From positions 1-64,000 of IMG/VR virus record IMGVR_UViG_3300023174_000038: DNA of 64,000 bases; one strand, 5' to 3'. The translations under genes were made by a program, and so were the position numbers. The stretch's first letter is position 1. Every line of letters begins with the position of its first letter. Below the pieces are notes generated by a model, which ran no database searches, was not told the DNA's origin, and saw nothing but the letters and a program-made list of their open reading frames with translations. Below, piece by piece: positions 37,210 to 46,403 of this stretch.

Positions 37210-38287
37210 CTATCTTTTCCTCATCCATTTTTGGAATCTTGTCTGGATTAGCTTCCCACTGTGCTTTAGCTTGCTCACCAATCTTACCTTCATATGGACA
37301 AGGTGTGCCGGCTGCTAACATAGCATCAAATACACGACGGTCTTGACACATAGTAGCAACAGCGGCTACTTTCATACCCATATCATATAGTGTCTTAGAT
37401 AACTTTAATCGTTCACAATTCATATCACGTATTGTTCCACCTGAACTTACACCAAACACTTGTGTTTGTACACTACCTGAACTTCCTGTTGAACAAAGGT
37501 CAGCATTACCACCTGATAACATAGAAGGAGCTACAGCAGTAGGTGGAGGTTGAATCACACGTTGGGTAATTTCAGTCTGATTAATATTCTTGTTAGTTAA
37601 TTCACCTTGTTGAATATTTGTATTAACTGAATTGTTTTGATTTATATTATTATTAGTGGAAGTACTAGTACTAGTTGATGTGTTAATATTACGGTTAGTC
37701 ATATCACCCGTATTAACATTGTTATTAGTAGCTGTACTTGTACTAACATTGTTATTGTTATTAGTAGCCGTACTTGCACTAACATTGTTGTTATTGTATG
37801 TCATCGTACCAGTATTTTCGTTCTTATTAATATTGGTATTATTACTTGTACTCGTACTAACATTGTTATTGTTATAAGTCATAGTACCAGTATTGACATT
37901 GTTATTATTATATGTCATTGTACCAGTATTTTCATTTTTATTAATATTTGTAACAGTTCCACTCTGAATATTATTGTTTGTGTTTACACTAGTGCTAGAA
38001 CTATTGTTATTATTAGTATTTGTACTAGTACTATTAACAGCACTGGTACTATTGCTATTGCTGTTACTGACTGTATTACTGTTTGAAGTAACCGTACTAG
38101 TGCTATTACTTGTACTGTTTGTATCAACTAAACTTTTGGAATCATACCCGCCTTGATTGATTAATGTACTTGTACCTGTGGTTGTACCACCGCTGGAACT
38201 TGATGTGGTAGTAGTTTGTGCTTGTGTAGTGAATGCCATACCCAGCAAGGCAACTATAGCGAGAATCTTTTTCATTTTTATTATCAT
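37145..38287 (-). CDS. Secreted Asn/Thr/Ser-repeat protein with a Cys-containing C-terminal domain
   Basis: Signal peptide (MKKILAIV...AQA); NTGTMTYNNNNV repeats; PPPTAVAP...C..CERLKLSK..MCQD..PCP. Confidence 0.75.
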   Translation of the reverse strand: MIIKMKKILAIVALLGMAFTTQAQTTTTSSSSGGTTTGTSTLINQGGYDSKSLVDTNSTSNSTSTVTSNSNTVSNSNSNSTSAVNSTSTNTNNNNSSSTSVNTNNNIQSGTVTNINKNENTGTMTYNNNNVNTGTMTYNNNNVSTSTSNNTNINKNENTGTMTYNNNNVSASTATNNNNNVSTSTATNNNVNTGDMTNRNINTSTSTSTSTNNNINQNNSVNTNIQQGELTNKNINQTEITQRVIQPPPTAVAPSMLSGGNADLCSTGSSGSVQTQVFGVSSGGTIRDMNCERLKLSKTLYDMGMKVAAVATMCQDRRVFDAMLAAGTPCPYEGKIGEQAKAQWEANPDKIPKMDEEKIDDTYKKIGIGAVLGLIVNKIF

Positions 38288-38347
38288 CCTCTAGAGATAG
38301 TATTTATTTGCTTATTAGTTGAGAAATATCACACTTTATTAAATAGG

Positions 38348-38367
38348 AAAGGCTCCTAAGAGCCTTT
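38348..38367 (-). terminator. Terminator hairpin ending the tmRNA coding piece
   Basis: AAAGGCTC-TTAG-GAGCCTTT, identical to 27946-27965. Confidence 0.7.
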
Positions 38368-38681
38368 ACTGAGTTTCTGTTACGAGGTATGTCTTACCCT
38401 AGGCTGCGTTTAGGCTGCCAATGCGAACTGTGAGTCGTTTGCGTTTACTTTTTTTGCTTCTACGGCCGAGTTCCCCCAACCCTAACGGCTTCTGCTTTGC
38501 CGAGCGCCTAATCTTAACTACTATCCTGTCGGTCGATCCCAAGTCACCCCCATCATAAAAACACAATACCAAAGTAAATTTACACGGAATACCAAAGTAA
38601 ATTTATGCTCTTATGGTGGAGGTGGGGAGAATTGAACTCCCGTGTCGCCAGTGTTTCCTAAGCAGGTTTACGCTGTTCTTA
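38368..38681 (-). ncRNA. ssrA: Two-piece (circularly permuted) tmRNA: acceptor piece about 38681-38614, intervening segment 38613-38552, coding piece from 38551; tag ANDSQFALAA at 38442-38410
   Basis: T-arm GGGAG-TTCAATT-CTCCC and CACCTCC-ACCA end; 5' GGGGGTG pairs with CACCTCC including the G3-U alanine wobble; tag frame GCA AAC GAC TCA CAG TTC GCA TTG GCA GCC TAA. Confidence 0.92.
38565..38605. repeat. 18-bp direct repeat (AATACCAAAGTAAATTTA x2, 23-nt period) in the tmRNA intervening segment
   Basis: 38565-38582 identical to 38588-38605. Confidence 0.9.
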
Positions 38682-39314
38682 CTATTTAGTCAACCTACCC
38701 CTAGATAGATTGAATAAAGTAATTTTATCATCATCTGGTTTTAAATAAAAGTTAATTTGGGAATTATTATACCAATGTTTACCGTATGCATTACTATTCT
38801 TATTCTTTCTGTTGTCTCTCCATTCCGATGTAGGTATCCATCCGGATGGAATTTCATTTTTGTAGTACATTTTACGATTAACTAATTCAACTGACGATTT
38901 TTCTACACACCAAACTTTTCCAAAATTAGAGTTATTTTCTTTTTGTTGGTGCTTTCTTTCTTTAAAAGTTTTATTTCTCTTTTCCATTGCAGATTGGGTT
39001 TTTGACAACTTACTTGCTCGGGCTTGTTGTTCTTGATTTATCGCAAAATTAGTTTTAGTTTGAACATTTTTAAATGGATTAGGATGTAATTGTCTGCATT
39101 TTTTACCAGCTTCACTTTGTCTAATTTTTACTAATTCTTCTTTAGGACTTAATTTTGCTAAACCCTGCCATGCAACATAATCTTGCCAACGACCATATTC
39201 TTCGTATAACTTGCGATGTGCCTCTGCATGTTCATCAATAGATAATTCTATAAGGTTCCTAGGATCATCTGTCCCGCCTGCGTGTTTAGGAATAATATGG
39301 TGTTTATGGCTCAT
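38682..39314 (-). mobile_element. Free-standing HNH homing endonuclease
   Basis: HHIIPKHAGGTDDPRNLIEL...EHAEAH; two NS(N)xxGKxW repeats; own ATAAATA 5 nt before ATG 39314. Confidence 0.85.
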
Positions 39315-39332
39315 GCAAGTATTTATGCCTGC

Positions 39333-39381
39333 CGCACCCCCGTCCAAGACACTTTTCTCTTTGCTTCATACAGCAATAACT
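39333..39381 (-). pseudogene. Truncated relic of a second tmRNA acceptor piece
   Basis: TAAATA (39394-39389), then GCTGTATGAAGCAAAGAGAAAAGTGTCTTGGACGGGGGTGCG breaking off in the presumed T-loop at the HNH promoter. Confidence 0.55.
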
Positions 39382-42300
39382 TCAATTGTATTTAGTATTA
39401 AAATACTCTTTTAACCAAGGCCAATCATAACTTAGTCGTAATTTATCTAACTCACCATTGACTGATTCATAGTATTCTACAGCATGTTGAGCACCTTGTA
39501 TACTATATTGGGCATAGTCTCCTTCACCAACTGTTGTCCATACTTTCAATCTGTGTCTACTAATAGCACTATCATCTAATCGTAACTTAATAGCTTCACG
39601 GAAACTAGTGCGCCATGTACTAAACTCATCTGTATTATATTTTGCTACACCTGAATTAATCTCAACAACTTCATGCTCACTATCCAATGTAAAGTCTAGA
39701 CCTTTACCCATATTACCTAATGTAATCTGTTTATTGTATGCAATCATGGCTTGGTGACCATATACTAATCCATTAACAGGGTTACTTGCATAGAAGATAT
39801 AATGTTTAGGTACTTGTAATCTATCAGGTTGCCATGAGAAATCAAACTTACTATTGACTTTTAACTTAGCAAATACAGTAAACATCCAAGATGTTTGACT
39901 AGCAATTGCGGTTGCATGATAGGCAGCAACACGACCATTGACCCCATCAACTCTAACAACACGATTTTTCAGCCCTTTAGTCACGTTCAGTAAGTGTTCG
40001 TAGTTCTCGTCAGCTATGGCTTCACCGTTACTTAGGAAGACTATATCCAGCGGCTTTGACTGTCCCATCTTTGTTGATTTAGCAATATATGGATAATCAT
40101 ACAATTCTTTCTCAACATGATCGTTAGCTTCTTTGGGTACAACAATACGTGTGCCTCCCATATTCGTAATCAATATATTCTTAGATTCAATAGACCACAT
40201 ACTGATTGGTTCATCATTAATGTCTGGTGCGATTAAATTATCACTTGTAGTAAACACAGCATAAGGGAAGTTATAACTATGTTTTTTGAAATTCAAATGT
40301 GTATCAGCATCAGTAACAAAACTAGGGGCAGGCAAACGTTTTACTTTTTGATGCTGATTAAAGTTAATCTTCTCTATATTTTCTAGCTTATCCAAATCTT
40401 CTACAAGAATACGTAATTTGTTTACATTAATAAAGAATGTATCTCCAAACTTCTGTTTATCACTAGGGAATACATGTAACTGCTCCAATGAGAATGGATC
40501 ACATATATAAGTAAAGTCAAAGTTAGTGTAATCACATATTGAACTGCATACCCAAATGTAATGGTCCTTTTTAATGCCCAACTCATATAGCATATTCTTC
40601 AATGTAGTTAAGTAATCAGTTTCATACTTAATTGTATAAACGTTTTCACGTTTAGTCTTGCTTTCAATTAATGAAACAATATCATTAACTCCGTCATTAC
40701 CATAATCAATTAAGTAAACATCATACAAACAGTTACTAGCAACGGCACGTTTTGTTTTTACAAAGTTTAAGTTACTTAGGTGTTCAATAATTTTCACATA
40801 CTTTGTATCTTCCGCAAAGGTTTCTTTATTGACCATAAACGTACTACCCCAATGACTCCATTGTGTTCCAAACACATGAACCATTGTCATTTGCCACGGG
40901 TTAGGATAATAGTTAAAATCAAAGTTAGTGTAATCTAATTCGCTATTCAGTATCCAGCATAGTTCTGTAGTAGATTTATTGATACAGCGATTGATTGTGT
41001 CTACCCAACTGTGTAGATAACGTGTCTTTTGTAATGTAGGGAATTGTAACTTAAGCTGTTCAAATCTATTAGCTGATTCTTTATTACCTTTATCCACAAA
41101 GAAAGTATCAACTTGTTTGAATAACTTAGATAGATATTCTTCATCTAATTTTGTATTCTCAATAAAACTAATATCTCTATAACCTTTTTGCCACATCTTA
41201 CCGTTAACTAAGTAGGTTTGTGTTAACTCACTGTCAGGACTACCAAACGTATTAATATTAAATGCTTGTTCTTTAGTAGGTTTCCAACTAAAATCAAATT
41301 TAGTATAATTAATATTTTTACGTAATGCCCAAAATATTTCATTGCTATGTTGTTCTATTAATGCATCAAGTGTAGTTTCAATGTAATATTGAGGGTATTG
41401 AATAATACTATCTTCTGATAATAGTATATTTTCTAATAATACTATTTCTCCATCATTACCCGGTGTTATAAATTTAGGACCATCTTGCAAGTGAATATCT
41501 TCTAATATTGTACCAAATTGATAGATATAAGGAGGACTATATGGATCTGGGTGCCAACTAAAATCAAATATAGTTTTATCAAAACCTGCAGGTATGATCC
41601 AATTAGTAAAATTTTGTTTAAGTTTTGCTATAGGATAATCCATATATTTGACCTCAGTTGCGCCATTTGCAATATATCTTGGGCCACCTATCTTATCCCA
41701 TGTGTTAGGGAACTGATAGATATATGCAGGCTCAGTACTATCTGGATGCCAACTATAATCAAATTCTTCTATATTATCAGGTATATCCCAATTAGTTTTA
41801 TTAGGCAAATACTTTGATTTAATGATATCCATGTACTTTATGTTTGTATTTTCTGTACAGCCGGGAGCAGTAAACATAGGTCCATTTGTTTTTTGCCATT
41901 GTGTTCCAAATTGATAGAATAAAGGCTCATCATCTATATTTGGATGCCAGCTAAAATCAAACTCACTAGTATCTAGCCCTGCAGGTATAGACCAATGTGT
42001 CATATCTTGTTTAACTTTTGCTATAGGATAGTCTAAGTATTTTGTTTCTGTAGCACCCTCTACTGTAAATTTAGGTCCACCTGTTTGACTCCACGTACTA
42101 GGGAACTGATAGATATATGCAGGTTCTGTATCATCGGGGTGCCAACTCCAATCAAATGACGTTTGGTCTACATTACGTGGGATCAACCAATTTGTAAATC
42201 TCCATGCTACTACTTCTGCTTTAACAGCATCAATATATTTTAATTCTGTTGCACCAGGAACTATATAGCGAGGTCCCCCTGTCTTTTGATGTATAGTACC

Positions 42301-43524
42301 AAATTGATATATGTAAGGTGGGTCATGTGGATTAGGTTCCCAACTAAAATCAAAACTATTCTTTATAACATAAGGGGGTATTTCCCAATTGTCCGTGCAT
42401 GGTTTACGTGTAGCACGTTCTTCCATGTATTTGTATTCAGTTGCTCCTTCAACAACATATTGTATAGATATTTTATCTTCTGGCTTATTCCATTGATTGC
42501 CCCATGCATAGATATAGGGAGGACTCCACGGGTCAGGAACCCATGAATAATTTATCCCATCACTATTTTCTAAATGTTCAAATCGTGTACTGTTAGGTAA
42601 CAGTTTAGCTTTCATTGATTCATCATCAATAAACTTATATTCTGTTGCTCCTGGTACATGATATTCAACAGTTGGCATAATCTCTGCTGGATATTGCGTA
42701 TTACCAAATACATAAATAAATGCAGGTTCACGCGGATCAGGTCTCCAACTAAAATCAAAATTAAACTTATCTATAGAGTTCCATATTACCCACCTATCCC
42801 ATTCAGGTAATACAGCAACTGAGTTATCCATATACTTTCGGTCAGTAGCTCCTACACAATGATACTCTACTGTGGGTTTTAACTCAGCGGATATATATTT
42901 ATTACCCCAAGTATAGATATATGCGGGTTCACGTGGGTCAGGTCTCCAACTAAAATCAAAACTTGATTTATCTACCGCTTGTATTTCTATCCAGTTATCC
43001 CATTCAGGTATTAATTCTACTACCTCAGGCATGTATTTTACATTAGTTGCATCCTTGACATGATATTCTACATAATGTTTAATTTCAGTTGGATAGAATT
43101 TGCAACCCCATTTATATATGTAGGGCGGGTCATGTGGGTTTGGCTCCCAACTAAAATCAAACTTTAATTCATCAATTTTATCTAGCACCACCCAATTAGC
43201 ATTTTTTAAATTCTTTCTGAGTATAGGCTCAACATCAGCACGATATATAATTATGTCGCTATATCGGTGTGAGCATAGCCAAGTGCCACTATCTTTATTT
43301 TGTTTATTAGGCCATACATTGTTATGTTCACTTGTCCAAACTTCGTCATCGGGTAAAAAGTCAAAGTCCCAATCCCAATCAAAATTTGTATAATCACAAT
43401 ATTCATTGATTATCCAAAAATGGTCGGTGGTACATTGTTGTCTAGCATCGGCTAAATCAATTGCATGTTTTTCTCTGGGGTGGGCGTTGGGTTTACTACC
43501 GTAATAAAATACATCTCTAAGCAT
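39382..43524 (-). CDS. 1380-aa repeat protein with degenerate glycosyltransferase-like modules
   Basis: Nine roughly 67-aa FDFSWxPxPxxPxYIYxFG repeats; C-terminal domain (DIVFLSNGE..RVDGVNG..AYH..NPVNGLVYG..WRTSFRE..K) resembles 50931-51884. Confidence 0.75.
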   Translation of the reverse strand: MLRDVFYYGSKPNAHPREKHAIDLADARQQCTTDHFWIINEYCDYTNFDWDWDFDFLPDDEVWTSEHNNVWPNKQNKDSGTWLCSHRYSDIIIYRADVEPILRKNLKNANWVVLDKIDELKFDFSWEPNPHDPPYIYKWGCKFYPTEIKHYVEYHVKDATNVKYMPEVVELIPEWDNWIEIQAVDKSSFDFSWRPDPREPAYIYTWGNKYISAELKPTVEYHCVGATDRKYMDNSVAVLPEWDRWVIWNSIDKFNFDFSWRPDPREPAFIYVFGNTQYPAEIMPTVEYHVPGATEYKFIDDESMKAKLLPNSTRFEHLENSDGINYSWVPDPWSPPYIYAWGNQWNKPEDKISIQYVVEGATEYKYMEERATRKPCTDNWEIPPYVIKNSFDFSWEPNPHDPPYIYQFGTIHQKTGGPRYIVPGATELKYIDAVKAEVVAWRFTNWLIPRNVDQTSFDWSWHPDDTEPAYIYQFPSTWSQTGGPKFTVEGATETKYLDYPIAKVKQDMTHWSIPAGLDTSEFDFSWHPNIDDEPLFYQFGTQWQKTNGPMFTAPGCTENTNIKYMDIIKSKYLPNKTNWDIPDNIEEFDYSWHPDSTEPAYIYQFPNTWDKIGGPRYIANGATEVKYMDYPIAKLKQNFTNWIIPAGFDKTIFDFSWHPDPYSPPYIYQFGTILEDIHLQDGPKFITPGNDGEIVLLENILLSEDSIIQYPQYYIETTLDALIEQHSNEIFWALRKNINYTKFDFSWKPTKEQAFNINTFGSPDSELTQTYLVNGKMWQKGYRDISFIENTKLDEEYLSKLFKQVDTFFVDKGNKESANRFEQLKLQFPTLQKTRYLHSWVDTINRCINKSTTELCWILNSELDYTNFDFNYYPNPWQMTMVHVFGTQWSHWGSTFMVNKETFAEDTKYVKIIEHLSNLNFVKTKRAVASNCLYDVYLIDYGNDGVNDIVSLIESKTKRENVYTIKYETDYLTTLKNMLYELGIKKDHYIWVCSSICDYTNFDFTYICDPFSLEQLHVFPSDKQKFGDTFFINVNKLRILVEDLDKLENIEKINFNQHQKVKRLPAPSFVTDADTHLNFKKHSYNFPYAVFTTSDNLIAPDINDEPISMWSIESKNILITNMGGTRIVVPKEANDHVEKELYDYPYIAKSTKMGQSKPLDIVFLSNGEAIADENYEHLLNVTKGLKNRVVRVDGVNGRVAAYHATAIASQTSWMFTVFAKLKVNSKFDFSWQPDRLQVPKHYIFYASNPVNGLVYGHQAMIAYNKQITLGNMGKGLDFTLDSEHEVVEINSGVAKYNTDEFSTWRTSFREAIKLRLDDSAISRHRLKVWTTVGEGDYAQYSIQGAQHAVEYYESVNGELDKLRLSYDWPWLKEYFNTKYN

Positions 43525-43542
43525 TATATTACTTAGCTGGAT

Positions 43543-45096
43543 TTATTTGTTATAATTATTTAATATATCAGATAGCCATGGTATATAATTTTCTAATTTA
43601 TGACCTCTAATGTCATCTAACCTACGGGTATCGTCAGCTAGCTTTGGTAACAGATGGCTATTATCTTTAGCAAACATATAGTTGATTAAACCACTATAGC
43701 TATGCCTAAATATATTACCCATTTCTAGTCCATATTTTTCATCTATTTCTTTGTAAAAAAATTCATATGCTTCTCGTATTTGATTTTTTACATTAACGGG
43801 TAGTACTTGTATACTCATGGGAGACGGGCCCTCTAGTACGTGATAGCTAGGCGTTTTTCTAATTCTTTTATAATTTTTTTCTATTAACCATTTAGAAATT
43901 TCTAAAAAATGATATACATTGAATATACTTATAGTAGTAGATATTGTACCATAAATAGATTTAGTTGGATTATTACCTAACACATCTAAATTTTGTTCTA
44001 GTGCATCCCAAGTACTTGGATATCTTAGATAGTATGCCAAATCCTCAATTGCATCTATACTGCATCCTATTCCTACGGATCTGAACTCTTCCCATAAGTT
44101 ATATAGCTTATTTGGTATAGCAAACATATTTGAATTGTAATCCAAATGAACACGATTGCTATGACCCATATCTATAATTTTTTGTAATAATTTAAAATGT
44201 ATTTTATTAATTGTAGGTTCGCCGCCGGTAAAATAATATCGGTCAATATAGGGAATTAGTTTTTCAATTTGATTCCAGAATTCATCCGATTCATACCATT
44301 CAAAATCCGAAGAATCAATGGTATAATTATTATTTTTTTTGATTACATTATACGTTTTTCCCCCATAAAAAGACATAGGAGCTGAGGAAGGCTTTTCTCC
44401 CTCGTATGACATGAAAACAAAATCGTCATACCACAGACTGCTATCGGTCGGGCCGCAATATCTACATTTTAAATTGCATAAATTTCCAAAACGAATATCA
44501 ATATATTTTATTGGAAACTTTTCTATATCTATACTTCCATCATTAGCAGTGTTATCAATGAATCCTGTATGTCCGTATGTATTAATACTGTGTAATCTTT
44601 TACTAGATAAACCGGTGTCTTCTTCTTTCCAACATAAATTACATGACGGATGTTTTTCTCCGCGCAACATACTTGCACGTAATTCTTTAAATACTGTGTT
44701 ATTTCGTGATTGATTTATATCAGTATTTTTAACGTTTAACATTTCTCCGTTCTCTATTAGTTTACCGTACGGGTAGTATATCTGTTGACAACAAATTCTT
44801 AAATCTCCATTTTGTTGTATGCCAGTAGAGACCCATGGTATTGGGCAAAACGTTGAATTTTTTGGAAGGTCCTGCATTTGAGGATTTATTTGATTCAGTC
44901 TTGTTTTTGCTAGCTCAATTGAAGCTTCTGAGCAATGAGGATTTTTCATACCTGCTACTATAACTTCTGATTCAACATCATGTGTTATCATAGCTGTTAT
45001 TAATTCAGGAAAATCTGTAATTGTAATAAGTTCAACTCGTTCATTAGAATCAAAACAGTTGTGAAGTTTATTAAACCAATATTCACTGGTATTCAT
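43543..45096 (-). CDS. Radical SAM protein with an N-terminal Twitch/SPASM-like domain
   Basis: FCPIPW..GDLRICC..SCNLCW; CNLKCRYC; FTGGEP. Confidence 0.88.
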   Translation of the reverse strand: MNTSEYWFNKLHNCFDSNERVELITITDFPELITAMITHDVESEVIVAGMKNPHCSEASIELAKTRLNQINPQMQDLPKNSTFCPIPWVSTGIQQNGDLRICCQQIYYPYGKLIENGEMLNVKNTDINQSRNNTVFKELRASMLRGEKHPSCNLCWKEEDTGLSSKRLHSINTYGHTGFIDNTANDGSIDIEKFPIKYIDIRFGNLCNLKCRYCGPTDSSLWYDDFVFMSYEGEKPSSAPMSFYGGKTYNVIKKNNNYTIDSSDFEWYESDEFWNQIEKLIPYIDRYYFTGGEPTINKIHFKLLQKIIDMGHSNRVHLDYNSNMFAIPNKLYNLWEEFRSVGIGCSIDAIEDLAYYLRYPSTWDALEQNLDVLGNNPTKSIYGTISTTISIFNVYHFLEISKWLIEKNYKRIRKTPSYHVLEGPSPMSIQVLPVNVKNQIREAYEFFYKEIDEKYGLEMGNIFRHSYSGLINYMFAKDNSHLLPKLADDTRRLDDIRGHKLENYIPWLSDILNNYNK

Positions 45097-46403
45097 AGCC
45101 GTTCTCCTGTATGATGTTGTAACTCAGGAAAGGTTTTTTTGAAATCAGTATTTCTTTCTTTATCTAGTTTAATCAAATAACCCATATACCAGTTAACATC
45201 AAAGTCAACAGTTTCTTCTAATGCATTTTTAATTATACTTAACCTGTTATCAAATACATTTTTACAATCTTCCTGTAATTTTTGTGAAGATTTTAATGGT
45301 AATAATGTATTGTAATACCATTGCTCATACTCGGAAATTTTAATACGTAAATGTTCTTTCCATTCTTTACTAGCGGACCTTATTGAAAAGTACTCAGGAT
45401 ATAGTAAAACAATATTATGATAATCAGATTCCCAAATACTAGTGTTGTAAAACGTATGCGGGAAGAGGTCATTTACTAAAAAATATTCTAGTATATCTTT
45501 TATCCGATGTATATTCATCAGACTCCAGGTTGGAGTAATTACCCAATGACGATTACTTCCTGTTAAATTATCTTTTAATAGTTTAATATTTTTCAATATT
45601 TTATTTGCATCAGCTGGATAGCGTATGTAAAATAATCTATCCACATCAACTTCATCTAAACTTACTAATACACGTAATTTTTCCATGTGTTTCCAGTAAT
45701 CTAAAACGTCTGTTGATTTATAAGTCATTGTGGTTAAGTTAGTACTGTACACAAATTCTATTTCTCCTAATCTGTTTGATTCTTTAATATATTCTAGTAT
45801 TTCATAATGTTCAGGATGAAGTAAAGGTTCTCCACCAGCAAAATATATTTCTTCAACATTGTTTACTTGCGATTTTATAGTTTCAATGAAGCTTTCTTTA
45901 TGATTTTTACTGTTATTAAATTGATCCTCAGTATAATTAGGATCAATTGCCTTCATAATAGGTACCCATGAACTACTATACGTAGGATGGCACACTGTAC
46001 ATGCTAGATTACATAAATTGTTAAATCTGAAATCCCATTTCAAAAATTTCATACTACTCATTGTTCCATCTATAGCAGTATTATCTTCAATCAGTTCTTC
46101 ATAAAAATCTTTAAACCTATCATTAAAGCTTCGGCGTATTGTTGACGTACTTCCCCATTCTTCTTCTTTGTAGCATCTTGTACAATGTTTTGATTTTGTA
46201 TCGTTTAATATATCTCGTCTTAATTCTTTATAATTTTCATTGTTCCAAATATCTTGTATATTTTCTTTATACAAATTCCCCATACTGCCACCTAAACTGA
46301 TACAGCAGGGAAGTATATCTCCTGTTGGAACATTATGTATATGCATAAACGGAGCCATGCAAAATACTTTGCTTTCTTTAATGTGAAATGTTTTTTTAGT
46401 CAT
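45093..46403 (-). CDS. Radical SAM protein with an N-terminal Twitch/SPASM-like domain
   Basis: FCMAPF..GDILPCC..HCTRCY; CNLACTVC; FAGGEP; start MTKKTF at 46403 (track 46523). Confidence 0.88.
   Translation of the reverse strand: MTKKTFHIKESKVFCMAPFMHIHNVPTGDILPCCISLGGSMGNLYKENIQDIWNNENYKELRRDILNDTKSKHCTRCYKEEEWGSTSTIRRSFNDRFKDFYEELIEDNTAIDGTMSSMKFLKWDFRFNNLCNLACTVCHPTYSSSWVPIMKAIDPNYTEDQFNNSKNHKESFIETIKSQVNNVEEIYFAGGEPLLHPEHYEILEYIKESNRLGEIEFVYSTNLTTMTYKSTDVLDYWKHMEKLRVLVSLDEVDVDRLFYIRYPADANKILKNIKLLKDNLTGSNRHWVITPTWSLMNIHRIKDILEYFLVNDLFPHTFYNTSIWESDYHNIVLLYPEYFSIRSASKEWKEHLRIKISEYEQWYYNTLLPLKSSQKLQEDCKNVFDNRLSIIKNALEETVDFDVNWYMGYLIKLDKERNTDFKKTFPELQHHTGERL

Noticed and set aside
38565-38605. 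Mini-CRISPR or att site
   Set aside because: Only two 18-bp copies 5 nt apart, consistent with slippage duplication; no integrase in the window
38614-38650. tRNA gene suggested by the T-arm and CCA end
   Set aside because: No D-arm or anticodon arm upstream; the matching 5' acceptor strand lies downstream, as in a permuted tmRNA
38640-39335. Group I intron in the tmRNA T-loop carrying the HNH
   Set aside because: No room or motifs for a catalytic core outside the ORF, and the downstream acceptor piece is already complete; RT-PCR would be decisive
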